DNA from: Squalus acanthias
Lineage: Eukaryota
Assembly (NCBI GenBank): GCA_030390025.1
Contig: CM059433.1
Span: 31,684,001 to 31,748,000 of the forward strand
DNA: 64,000 nucleotides
Reading direction: 5' to 3'
This document shows positions 24,766 to 37,481 of this stretch, one piece after another; the first letter of the stretch is position 1, and each line of letters starts with the position of its first letter. The notes beneath the pieces are model-generated. The model did no database searches, had not been told where the DNA came from, and was given only the letters and a program-made list of their open reading frames with translations. The translations under genes were made by a program, and so were the position numbers.

Positions 24766-25483
24766 AAAAATTCCTCAGTGGTTCTATCGATTGGCTAGCT
24801 TCAGTGGAAGATTGTCGGAAACCACGGATAGACCTGAAAACTTATCTGGAAGGTACAGCGGCCAATCTGGAGAAGCCCTGAGGAAATTCCTGCAGAGTTG
24901 TGCGCAGTGTATTACATCACAAAGGCCTATGCGTAAGGGAAGACACGCCCACAAAAACTGTCAAAAGTAAGCCACGCCCACGTAAATTTATTTCCGTCTC
25001 TTCCATTGAAATTACATTTTAAAAACTTTTAAAAACCTTTGCACAGCTTTCTGAGCTGCCTGTGACCGTTCAGCCACCATCTTGTTACATAGGAACATAG
25101 CAATTGTTAGACAGAGAAAGACCAAGGTCTGTCCATCTCGTACACCTTCTACTATCCTAGTAGTCGCATGATACAACAATGATGGAGTTGTTGACTAATT
25201 ATGGCAATCAATCTCGATCAATTAGTCAACAACAGAACCAGGCATGAGTCGAGGAAAACCCCAGTGGTGGAGAGCTTTGGGCACCATAGGTTCAAAGTCG
25301 CCTGTTCCTCCCAAGCATGCTACACTGACCATATGTCTCAAATTATTCATACACTGTGTCCCAGAAAATTACTTTCTGAAAGAAATCTATTAAATTTGCA
25401 TTCGAATGAATCAATACTAACTGCTTCCACCGTCTCCGAGGGAGACTGTTCCATAGATTGACTACTCGCTCACTGAAATAATA

Positions 25484-26264
25484 GGGGGCATTTTAACCCC
25501 CGAAAACCAGTGGGTTTGGGTCGGGTGGGATGTAAAAATGTTAAATATTTTAAATTTAACCTTGGCCAGCCGAGTTTTCCAGGCCTCGGGAAACCCGGTG
25601 GCGAAAGGGAGGCGAGGGCTGCTGAATTCAGGAGTTAAGTGACTTTCCACTTACCTGCTGGATCCAGTTTACCTGCTTCACCAAGCCCCCGTGATCGGAC
25701 ACCGCTCTGATGTTTCCGATCTCCCCCCAACTCTTCCGCTCTCCTCCACGAGGCCTCTGATCTCCTCCACGAGGCCTCTGATCTCCTCCACGAGGCCTCT
25801 GATCTCCTCCACGAGGCCTCTGATCTCCTCCACGAGGCCTCTGATCTCCTCCACGAGGCCTCTGATCTCCCCCAACCTCCGATTTTCCCTCTGGCCTCTG
25901 ATCTCCCCCGGCTCCAGCCTCCGCTCTTTCCTCTGGCCTCCGATCTGCCTTCTGACCTCCGATTTCCCCCACTGCTCTGGACCCTGATCTTCCCTCTGGC
26001 CTCCGATCTTATCCCCCCCCACCGGCCTTTCCGATCCCTCCCTCCCTCCTCTCTGCTCCCCGGTTGCGGCCTGGTGCCGAAGGCCTATCCGCCCAACAGC
26101 CTCTCAATCTGGCTGGCTGCGTTGGGAAATGGAGATAAAAAATGCTAATCAGGTCCTGCCGTTAAATTCAGCTGGACCTGTGGGAAGCCCTATCTTCCGG
26201 GTTTCGCGACCTCAAAGCAGCCGCTGCCCCGCCTTCTCCCCGCCTCCGAGTTAATATCCAGCCC
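25484..26264. mobile_element. Harbinger-type MITE inserted in a decayed minus-strand CR1-like fragment (~25085-26490)
   Basis: GGGGGCATTTTAAC ... GTTAATATCCAGCCC termini. Confidence 0.7.
25741..25866. repeat. 21-bp minisatellite, 6 perfect copies
   Basis: (CTCCTCCACGAGGCCTCTGAT)x6. Confidence 0.95.
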
Positions 26265-27077
26265 AATGTTTCCGCAGATTGACTTTGAATTTACCACCTC
26301 CAAGCGCAGGCTGTCTTCTGGTTCAACTGTTCTGGACAAGATGAAAAAAGCTTGTCATGGTCTACATTAGCTAGTCCCTTTAGAATCCTAAAAACAGCAA
26401 TTATATCGCCTCTCAACTTTCTCTGTTCCACTGGGAACATGCCCAATTCACATAATCGCTCAACATCATTTCCCCTAAATTTCCTGTAGGTCAGTATTAA
26501 ATGATAATTAAATAATTTAACTTTTTTAATAAACTTCTTCCAGCTTTAACTCTCTCCCCGCCCCCCCCCCCCCCCCCCCACCCCCCACCAAGCTCTCTTC
26601 CATAAGTAATGCAACTCTAGGTTGGGGCCCAGCACATTTTCGCTCCTGTGACCTGTAACACTGGTCTGCTTCTCCACCTACAGTTTGCTGCTCCACTTCC
26701 TGGTCCGCCTCTGGTCTGTTCTTCCCCAATGCTGCTTCCCAGCCTTGTTCTCCAGCCCCATTTCAGGCACAACTGATTTCCACCCTTACTGCTCAGCATC
26801 TTGCAAAGCAGCCCATAATACTCGCAGATTCAGGCTGCTCAGACTTTGGACTGCTTGGAATTGTATACAGTGTAGCAATTCACACTAATGCACAGTCTTA
26901 TTTAATTTTATTTATTTCCTGTCCATCAGACTCCCGGACTGAAGGATAGACTTTAAAAAGCATTTACGTGACTGATCTATCTTTTAGGGTTTTAGAAACA
27001 TTTACTTGACAGATCTTTTTTTTTCACTAAACGACAGTTCTCCGATTAATCATACACGGGGATTAAGGCTGCTACGG

Positions 27078-27855
27078 AGGATGGTAGTGTAGTGGTTATG
27101 TTACTGGACTCGTAATCCAGAGGCCTGGAATAATAATCTAGAGAACGCAAGTTCAAAATCCCATCATGGCAGTTTAAGAATTTGAATTCAGTTAAAATAA
27201 GATTCTAGAAATAATAATAAAAAACTAGTATCAGTAAAAATGACCATGAAGCTGTTGGATAGTCTTAAGAATCCAGCTGGTTCAGTAATCTCCTTTTGGG
27301 AAGGAGACCTGCCGTCCTTACCTGGTCTGGTTTATATATAGAATAGTACAGCACAGAAGGAGGCCATTTGTCTCATCGAGTCTGCGCCGGCTCTTTCGAA
27401 GAGCAATCCAGTTAGTCCCACTCCCCCGCTCTTTCCCCATATCCCTGCAATTTTGTCTCCTTCAAGTATTTATCCAATTCTCTTCTGACGGCTGCTATTG
27501 AATCTTTATCCACCATCTTTATCAGGCAGTGCATTCCAGATCCTAGCCACTCATTGCGTAAAAAAGTTATTCCTTTGGTTCTTTTGCCAATCACCTTAAA
27601 TCTGTGCCATGTGGTTATCGATCCTTCAGCCATTGGAAACAGTTTCTCTATATGACTTCAGTCCCACACCAGCGTGGTTGACACTTAACCGCCCTCTAAA
27701 GCTAGCCTCCCAGTTGTATCACACTGCTACAAAGACATCACACGGACTGTAACGGCTCAAGGAGAAGGCCCACCGACACCTTCTCAGGGCAACTAGGGAT
27801 GGGCAATAAATGCTGGCCTTGTCAGTGACGCCCACATCCTGAGAATAAATTTAAA
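27078..27855 (+). mobile_element. tRNA-headed SINE with the tail of the HHHLLKGN LINE, interrupted by a minus-strand CR1 3' end (~27336-27650)
   Basis: Head tggtagtgtagtgg...agttcaaaatccc; tail cttctcagggcaactagggatgggcaataaatgctggcc matches the LINE 3' end. Confidence 0.7.
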
Positions 27856-28859
27856 AAAAATATATGGAAGCTGATGTCTTAAGTCTTTCTCCCAGAGAGA
27901 TGTTCAACCTGCGTTGCTCGTCACCGACTGAAACCCCAGCTGGCAGTCACTGTACACCCAATAGTCGGAGCACACCCAGCATGGCTGAGCACAGCAGGCA
28001 ATGAGGAAGTTTGAAACCCTGCTGAGCAAAGACTTCACAAAGCAGTAGATAACACTTTAAAGGATTTTTTTTTTTGGCTTGAGCTGACATTGAGACAAGG
28101 AAAAAAAAAAAGAATAAAAAAAACTTAAATCAGCTCTGTATAAAGCCAGTTGAAAGTACCGAGGGATAAAAGGAATCCAGCTGTTCACTGTTAAAAGAAA
28201 ATACCTTAAAGGTAGTTTAAGTAAAAGTTTTGAACTGCCAGCTGATATTTGAGCAAAGGCAACTAAAAAGTTGTCGACCTTAGGAGAGAAGATTATCAAG
28301 TCGTTAGGTGAGGGGAAGCATTTGGCTGTGGTTTATGAAATAAAACCTTTGCATCTGGCATAACTGTTCGGCATTTCGCAACTCGCATTAACCATCGAGT
28401 AAAAAGAAAAAACAAAGACTACTATTTATGTAGCACCTTTCACAACCTCAGGATGTCGCAAAGCGCCTTACAGCCAATTAAGTGTTTTTTTGTTGTACTG
28501 TTGTAATGTAGGAAACACTATAAGGAATAGGCTACAAGGAGAAGGGTGCAATCGCTGGATCGAGGCATGTTGCAGATAGCAGCGAGTACTTTGGATGAGA
28601 GTGTGGAAGGCATGACACAACTATCTGTTGGAAAAGCTGGCACGTTAGGATCCCCGGACTCGTCATCCCTCATGCTAGAAGCAGCAACTAGGGGTGGGTG
28701 GATCTGAAGAGGCCGCGAATGTCTGTCTGCTCACCTCTGAAGTTTAGATACACCTCCTCACCACAAGTACCGGTCATTAATATTGGCTCTTAACTTCCAC
28801 CATCATGGGCTGGAAGCCAAACTCGAAATGTTTCAACCTTCAAGTGGCAAGGAAAAAAA

Positions 28860-29298
28860 GGAAGAACTTGCATTTCCATAGCGCTTTTCATGATCTCCGG
28901 ATGTCCCAAAGTGCTTTACAGCCAATGAAGTACTTTTTGAAGTGTAGTCACTGTTGTAATGTAGGAAATACGGCAGCCAATTTGCGCACAGCAAGCTCCC
29001 ACAAACTGCAATGTGATAATGACCTGATAATCTGTTTTAGGCATTGGTTGAGGGATAAATATTGACCAGGACACCGGGGAGAACTCCCCTGCTCTTCTTC
29101 AAATAGTGCCATGGGATCTTTTACGTCTATCTGAGAGAGCAGACGGGGCCTCGGTTTAACGACTCATCCGATAGACAGCACCTCCGACAACACAGCACTG
29201 CATTGAAGTGTCAACCTAGATTTTGTGCTCAAGTCTCTGGAGTGGAACTTGAAGCGACAACCTTCTGACTCAGAGAAAAGCTACCAACTGAGCCACAA
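28860..29298 (-). mobile_element. Full-length Deu-domain SINE
   Basis: Runs from tail aacttgcatttccatagcg through the Deu core to head ctaccaactgagccac. Confidence 0.85.
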
Positions 29299-29319
29299 TT
29301 AGCACAGGAACAGAACAGC

Positions 29320-29650
29320 AGCAACTTGCATTTATATAACGCCTTTAACATAGTAGAGTGTCGCAAGATGCTTCACAGGAGAGCTTGACACTGAGCACAT
29401 AAGGAGATATTAGGGCAGGCAACCAAAAGCTTGGTCAATGTGGTAGGTTTTAAGGAGGGTCTTAAAGGAGGATAAAGAAGTGGAGAGGTTTAGGGAGAGA
29501 ATTCCAGAGCTTAGGCCCTAGACACGGTCGCCAATAGTGGGGCGAATAAAGTCGGGGAGAGATTTGAAAACAAGGATGAGAATTTTAAATTTGAGGCCTT
29601 GCTGGACTGGAAGCCAATGCAGGTCAGTGAGCACAGGGGGTGATGGACAT
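29320..29650 (-). mobile_element. L2 LINE 3' fragment
   Basis: gcaacttgcatttatataacgcc tail; agggagagaattccagagc (LWNSLP on the reverse strand). Confidence 0.75.
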
Positions 29651-31795
29651 TCATTCATTTATATTCGAAGGAAGATGAGGTGGACATCTTTCTTTTGCAT
29701 GCTCACTTGCAATGTGGACTATGGCTGATTGCTTCCCGGTATGGATTTCAGTGCATGTCTGGTGCATACACAGCAATCGTACTTAAGAACTTAGGGAATC
29801 CTAGCAATTTTTTGTTGCCTAGCTTTTCATAGGGAATATAGATTTCCCCAGTCCAAGAGTGCAACCTTCTCCTTAATGTACACTTGCTTTAAGCGTGCAT
29901 GGTATTGTTATTAGGCACGTGACTACCCAGAAGACCTCCCGCTGTGTGACTCTCAGGCTCAAATGGTATTTCATTTAATTTTCCAATTGAGTGGTTCTGA
30001 AGTAGGACTGGAGTGTTACCTTTTGTTAACTGTTCATGCCTTCCCTGTCCACCTATATTTCCCTTCCCCCTTCCCCTTGCTCCGTCTTCCTCTCCTCTTC
30101 TCACTCTCCCTCCCCCTTCATTTCCCTCCTCCCTAGTTCACCTCTCCTTCCCTTCCTGAACGTCCAGGTGCTGCTGGCTACAGCAGTGTGGCTGCTTCCT
30201 TTGCACTCCAAAGGAAGTGCATTCTCTGACAAGCTATTCTCTCTTCTCCAACTCCCTGACCTCCAACTCTCCTCTATCCACCCTCTCCTCCCTGGGCTCT
30301 AACTGTGCTATGCTTCTCCTAACCCCATGGCTTCTAACCCTACTCTACCATCTTCCTTCCCTCATCTCTAACTCTTACAATCAAGAATCATAGAATCTTA
30401 TAGCACAGAAGGAGGCCATTTGGGCCATTGTGCTTCTGCATATCAGTAAACAAGGATGTGAATTTTTAAATCGAGGCATTGCCGGACCGGGAGCTAATGT
30501 AGGTCAGTGAGCACAGTGGTGATGGGTGAATGGGACTTGGTGCGAGTTCAGATACGGGCAGCAGAGTTTTGGATAAGCAGTTATGATAGTGTTGAAGTGC
30601 AGGGTAGGGATGAACGTCAGATAGGCTGACTTTGAGCTCCAATTTAAAGGTGACTCCATGAAAAAAGGTATAAACCCCACACCAGTGCAATGCAGAGAAT
30701 GTTAAATGCTGCCTCACATTGAATGCCGCTTTTTGATCTTCACCTTTTTTTCCCCCTTTGGCTGGAAGATATCTTCCGACAGGTTGGCTAAACTATAATT
30801 TCTGGTAAGACATCCTTTTGCATTCCTTTGTGGTTTCCCTTTTTTTAATCACAGCCAAGATTGATGTTATCACATTATTGCATCCATCAGTGTGCTGTCA
30901 CAGGAAATCTGCTGATTAAGCGTGTACAAGGTCAGGAATCGCAAGGCCCTGCCCTTCCCCCCCTCCCCCCACCACCACCAAGCAGAGAAACTGCTGCAGG
31001 AAAGATTGCCAAAGCGGGCAACACTTTGAAGCAGACAGGACTGCACAAAAAAGCATCGACAGTCCATTTGTTACGGTCTAATAGATTCGCTCAGTGGATG
31101 CCACCAAAATTGGGCTATGCAACTCTGACTTATGCTAACCTCTATATCAACAGCAGGTCGTCAGCACAGATAGAGCTATTTAAAACAAACAATTCTTTAA
31201 TGTTAGGCTCTTTTTCAAAAGATTCCGTGCCATCAAAGGCACACCCACTAAACTACTGCACTGTACTAGACTTATAAACCTGCCACTTAGGTTGATTTGT
31301 ACATTGAAATTTTTAAGAACACATCGTTCCCATTATTAATATCTGATTGAAATGATTCCAATACTTAGCGAAGGCTGAATTTAAATTAATCCTCTCTAAA
31401 AAGATATGAAAAGCAAAGCAGTACATCTGCTGGCTGCCACAAGATGGTGTTCCAGCATTGTAGCCACTGATTATGCTTTTTGCAATTGCTTTTTTCTCTC
31501 TTTTTGATCGTTCTGATGGGCTTGCTGCGAGAAACACTACTAGCCTAAAGATTATCTTGTTACAAAACTCCCCTGTGGTACTAATACAGCAAAAGTAATG
31601 ATGCAATGTGGGCAGTCAGATCTTCCTCCCCACCATAAACACGACACTTGCGAGTTGATAATCTAATCCCAAGGAATGTGCATCAGCCATGTTTTCTTCA
31701 GTTTATTATCTTTCAGAAGGAGTTCACAACAAACATAGGTAGAGCTCCTTTTCTAAATGAGTTCCGGTAACAAAGTACTGTACCGGCACAATATT

Positions 31796-32063
31796 GGGAG
31801 CGATTTTAACCCTACCCGCTCAGCAGAAACCTGGCGGGTGGTCAGTTAAAATCACCCTGACTCTTACCTGTCCGAAAGCCGCCATGATCGCAACATCTGC
31901 AATTTTAACCTGCTCACCTGAGCAGGCAGCAAGGACATGCGCCCGGAGCCAACAATGTCCTTCTTTACATATGCATGTTGCGGCCCGATGACATAATTGA
32001 GACCCAACTGTAATTTTAACTCAGGCCTGAGCGGGGAATCCACCTGGAGTTAAAATCGGGGCC
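31796..32063. mobile_element. Small Harbinger-type MITE
   Basis: GGGAGCGATTTTAAC ... GTTAAAATCGGGGCC; the ttttaac motif recurs internally. Confidence 0.65.
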
Positions 32064-33360
32064 ATAACAAATGGTGGCAATCTACTTGTAGTTGGCATTT
32101 GTAAAAAAAAATGCTGCCCATTTTATCAAACACTTAAGCTTGAAAAGTAGTTAAAGATGAGAAATTGTAACTAGTCACGGTGTTAAGACTACCTCTAAAC
32201 TATACGATCTCCTGGGCATGAAAACCAGACCAGATAATTTCGAGTGATAGGTTGGAAAGCAAAGGAACTCCACTTGTGAAGACAGCTGGTTTTAACGCAT
32301 TAAACCGGGATTAAATTGCTGGTCCATCAAATGCATGCTTCGTTTATTTTTAATTTAGAAACCTAGGTGAAGGGCCAAGGCTGTTAATGCAGGACATTGC
32401 CAAATTGAAAAAAAAAATAGGAGATAATATGAGGTAAATCAAAAAGTAGTGATGAGGTGAGTAAGTTTGGATTTTAAAAGCCTGAAGATTATGGGAGGAA
32501 GGGGAAACTGCTGCAGACATGGAATTCCATTGTTTGGAAGTCCTGTTGAAGAATGAGTTAGAGGGTGACTAAGCAACGAGGAACCAAAAGGATACAAAGG
32601 CAAGAAAGTATGAAAAGTTAAAATTCAATAAATGATTATACAAACGGGACAGATAGAGGGGTGGAGAATGGGAAAGAAGGTGAAATTAAAGAGACTTGGG
32701 AACATTGTTATGCAATGTAGCTATGTCTGTCAGAGGTGACAAGGGCTGCATGTACCCAGCATGCTCCTCTGCAGTTGGCAGGTATGAGATGAATCCACTT
32801 CCTTTGCTTCTCCCTCTCTTTTGTTCTCAGAGTTTCAGTCAGGTATTTTCTCGCATCTTGTATTCAAGAAAATCAGCCAGCATATTATGTAGCACTAGTG
32901 CATTTTATAATAGAGAATCATCAAGCAGAAAATGATGTAGAGACATCTCATTACATCTACATAACGCACTCTCTATTTCTAGAAATAGTGCATCAATTAC
33001 CGTTGTACAAATATGTATGAAACGGCTACAAACAGTGGCAAAGGTCAGGGAAAGCTCAGAATGCAAAAGGAGGAGAAAGTACAAAGATACAAGCTTCAAA
33101 TAGAATAGTCTAGATTGAGATATTGGATATATCCAACTAGCTGGTACTTATGAAAGAACACTACACAGAAGAGCATTTGTTATTCTCCTTTATTTTGTCT
33201 TTCGGGCATTGTGCATTCTGCAGCATTAAACACAAACAGTCATGGCAGGGCTGGGGGTCAGGAGGTTTCCAGTCTTGATTTTATATATAGACATATTTTA
33301 AAAGATAACAGATCACTTTAATCTTTCATTTTGCATAGACATGGAGTGGGGGTGGGGGAT

Positions 33361-33800
33361 TTTCTATACCTATATCTATATATCTATATTTATCTCCATA
33401 TTGTATATTTCTCTATCTCTCTATCTATCTATCTCTCGCTCTCTCTCTCTCTCTATATATATATATAACTACCTATCTCTCTATGTATATCCATCTCTCT
33501 ACATATCTATATATTTCTCTATATATCTCTCTATATATCTCTCTATAACTATCTATCTCTCTATATATATATATATATCTTTATCTCTCTCTCTATATAT
33601 ATATATATCTATATATATGTCTCTCTATACATATCTATCTATCACTCTATATATCTCTATATATCTCTCTCTCTCTAAATATATCTATCTATCTTTATAT
33701 ATATATATCTATCTCTGTATCTATCTATATACCTATCTATGTATCTCGCTCTGTATCTCTCTCTCTCTCTATACATCTATCTATTTAACTCTCTCTTTAT
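33361..33800. repeat. Compound (TA)/(TC)/(TATC) microsatellite, left half
   Basis: Low-complexity T/A/C tract; source of the spurious ORF 33341-33871. Confidence 0.95.
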
Positions 33801-35542
33801 GGGGGGAATTTTTTGGAGTGGTCAACGGGCGCAATTGGTGGTGGGTCGGGTGGGAAAATGTTTTTTTTTGACAGCGGGTCGGGACCCTGCTGTCAACCTG
33901 CCGCCACATGCCTTTACCAAATGTTGGGTCTGTCAATGCTGAGCAGATCCGACACGCAGCGGCGGGGGATGCAATTCAGGTCATTATGACTTTGTGTACA
34001 GCCCATTAAGAACTATTTTAAGCTCACCTTCAGAGTTTACCAAGTTGCCCACGGGGTCTACGCTGCTCGGGGATCACTCAGGTAAGCAGGTCGGGAGTAG
34101 AATGGCCATGGAATCATTTCATTACTTGACAGCTGCAAATGTGCTATTAAAGCTCCCATCTCACAGCTGTTCACTTTCCAAGCTCAGAACCTGTTGCTTA
34201 CTGCATTTGGAAGACAGGTTGAGCTTTATGCAGGTTGCTAGTGTTTGGAGTAAACTCTCTATCCAGTGTCACCTCATTCGAACAATCTCTCTCACCATTG
34301 ACAGATCACTTCTGTCATCTCAAGTTCACCTGCCATCTATTCCATCAGCATCAGTGCCTTTGAAACTATCTCACATTGGTCCTCAGAATCCCACCATGAT
34401 CAGCCCCAACACCAGCAGCATCAGGCACACCAGCAGCACCAACAACACCAACCTTCTCCACAATCAACTGATGCTGCACAGGACACAGGGCATCAGCACC
34501 CGACCACATTGCTGCCCGGGAGGCCAGGGTAGGCCTCACCATGGCCAAATTTACTTCACTTGACGCTGTACACCCTGGCTGCCACATGATGCGCCAGGTT
34601 GACACCACCCCACACCAACACCATAAAGCATCCCTACAATGTCCAAGCCATTCCTTTCACACTCATCACCATTGTGGGGGGTACCGTTACGTCTCACCAT
34701 TCACTGCAACTCACTAAGCCACTTCCAAATGCACACAAATCTGTCCAAGAATGCAAAAGTGTTCAAAATGCAGGTTTCAATGTTTGACAGCACATTAACA
34801 GAAATTTCACATGAACATTGGCTAAAACACACAAGTGCCTACCCTTGTGTATTGTTAGTTGGTATGATTGGACTAGGATGAGGGTGAGTGTGAGATGTGG
34901 CTAGTGAGATGAGGAAGTGATAATATAGATAGAGAGGGACAGGTGGAGGTGCAAGGTAAGTTGGTGTGAGTAAGGATGTGCAGGAGTAGGGTGGGGAAGG
35001 CAGAGTGATGGGGATGTGATGAGTGGCACAGCAGGATGAGATTGAGTGTGGCTTTGCAGTAACGTTTTGTGATCTAATGAGATCATTGAAAGGTTTGCGC
35101 CACTGCAGCCTGGTCCTCCTGACGTCATCCCTGCTTGTGCCCTCCTGTGCAATGTGTAACCAGGCTGTATTGGTCTCCTGGGGAGGTCTCTTCCACCCAT
35201 TGGAAGGGAAGAGAATCTCCCTGTAAGCATATGGAGGGAGTCATAGGAGAGCTTGGGTGCAGCCCTGCACCTCTGTGCAGTGCTTGTCAGTGTTTGCAGT
35301 ACCTCAATGCTGTAGAACACTGACAGCACAACTGTCAAAATCAATTTGCGTATGGTCCCTTTAAGGGAACTGGCTGATGATGCATCATCAAATGACGTCA
35401 TCAGACCCGCTTCCTTCAATTGGCTGGCAAACGCGCTGGACGGGCTTAACAAACCCAATCCGGGGAAAATCATTTTGGACAGCGGGCTGGAGCCAGCAGC
35501 AAGGCCCACCACGGACCTGCCGAGGTTGGTAAACTCCAGCCC
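33801..35542. mobile_element. Internally deleted Harbinger (element B) inserted in the microsatellite
   Basis: GGGGGGAATTTT / AAACTCCAGCCC ends with flanks TAT/TGT; minus-strand Myb remnant ~35060-35280 (RAAPKLS..EILFPSNG..AWLHIAQE..RT.LQWRK.FNDLIRS). Confidence 0.7.
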
Positions 35543-35602
35543 TGTATATATTTATCTCTCTATCTCTATAGATATATATATATAAATATCTCTCTCTCTC
35601 TG

Positions 35603-35635
<33 letters not shown>

Positions 35636-35865
35636 GTAAATTTATATCTCTCTGAATATATATATATATATATCGCTCTCTGTCTCTCTCTCTATCTATA
35701 AATATATATATATATCTTTAAATATATCTATATATATATAATCACTCTCTAAATATCACTCTCTCTCTATCTATCTATATATATCTCTATATATATATAT
35801 ATCTTTTTATATGTATATATAGATATATATCTTTATATCTCTCTCTATATATATATATTTTATAC
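35543..35865. repeat. Compound (TA)/(TC) microsatellite, right half
   Basis: Same composition as 33361-33800. Confidence 0.95.
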
Positions 35866-35898
35866 TTCTTTACCCTCCTGTGTCTATGTAAAAAATAT

Positions 35899-36663
35899 GG
35901 GGCCAGAAATTCGGCTCTCCGGCTTCCTGCGGGTGCAAGCATCGCGCGCGTACTTGCCTACCACGCCTGCCGTTGTGCTTTGGGCCCACGAGGAATTCGG
36001 GTCCTGGGCCTCCTCCAGCTGCCGGCGCGCAGTGCTTGTGTATCCCAGGGGCGCAGTTAGTTCGAAGCGTCCCCTGGGATCATGTGGGCCATGGAGAGCC
36101 AATCCTAACAGGGCATTTTCTTTCATAGATTTGACAGGAAGACCTGTCAAATCTATGAATAGAGATCGGCCCCAAAACCACACTTAAACTTCAAATACAT
36201 TTTTTTTTAAATCACATTTTTAAAATAACTATAAGTTACATAAATTAACTACTTTAAACAAAAATTTAAATTTTTGAAAAAATTAATTATACTTTTTAAC
36301 GGTGCTAAAAATAAACTTACCTTTCTTTAAAGTATCTAAAAAAGATAAACCTGTTGAAAAAATGTTTAGATTGTAATTAATTAACCACTTACCTTGTTAA
36401 AAACAGGCCTTGCGCCTCCTTTTTAAAAGTGCAGCTTCTCCATAATTACCCTCCCGGAGAAACCTGAAAAAAAAAACGAAGTTCGCTGCGTGCGCGCAGC
36501 CTCTCCCGCGCACGCGTTCGACTTCTGAACCCCTCCCTTCAGGGGAACGGAAGTTCCAGTTTCCCGCGCATGCGCAGTGCATGCAGGAAACCGGCACTTC
36601 AGGTAGCCTTACGGGTGAGTACACAGCGCGTACTCACCCGTGGAGAGCCGAATCTCTGGCCCC
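35899..36663. mobile_element. Harbinger-type MITE with GC-rich arms and an AT-rich core
   Basis: 22-bp TIR GGGGCCAGAAATTCGGCTCTCC / GGAGAGCCGAATCTCTGGCCCC with 1 mismatch; flanks TAT/AAT. Confidence 0.85.
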
Positions 36664-37481
36664 AATTGATGAAAAATTATTTCTTATTTTTTTTAAAAAC
36701 ATCAATTTCAAATTTTCTGCTCAAAGTAGACTTGTGTCTCCTTCCATATAGCCTGGGACCTCATCAAGTGACAACTGACCCTGCAAAACATGTCACAAAT
36801 TGGGTACTCAGGACTCCCAGCCAGCAACATATTTTCCTGGGGTCAGGCGACGTCGAGCTTTTTTGAGACAGCAAAGTTTATTGTGATCATATTTTCTTGT
36901 AGAGATATTGGAAAGACTTGACTCTTGTAAATTGTCCTTCCTCTTCAGCACATTTGTAGCAAGCTGTGTGATTTCCTAAAGGAGTAAAGTTAGCGGGCTA
37001 AAAATGTTGTTGTGTAGCGCCCGTTGTTTGGGCACTATAGGTGCCATTTTGGGTCGAAAATGGCATCTGAGCCATTAGCTGTTGCTGTGGGCCACGCCAA
37101 ATACCATCTTGGTGAGGGTGTTAGTGTTGGTACTGGGAGCATCTGGTAGAAGTATGTAGAGTAGGCAGCTCATGATGTCAATCAGTGTGCAACAATAGTT
37201 TGATGCCAGCGCTGACATTTTCGTCCTCAATACTGGAGCTAACGCCCTGTGTTAACCTCGCACAGCTGAACATGCGTTCAGTGGCTGCAAGGACTCCCTA
37301 CCAGCGATATTTAAAGAGATCATCATCCGCTCTCAGGTCAGTTGCTGATTAATTTCTACTGGCTCTGTGTGAGTTTGTGGAAGAGTTTGCAGCTTTCTAG
37401 AGTTGTTTAAAGTTGGTGAGGTGACAGGGAGTGGTGTTGCAAGTGTTGAAGACCTTGGTTCTGACTTCAAGGATTCTGGTC

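Noticed and set aside
25628..26022. Repetitive ORFs (GGDQRPR / EEIRGLV) and a CRISPR-like appearance
   Set aside because: These come from a 21-bp minisatellite with no spacers, in a eukaryotic context.
33341..33871. 176-aa hydrophobic ORF
   Set aside because: It is the translation of a TA/TC microsatellite.
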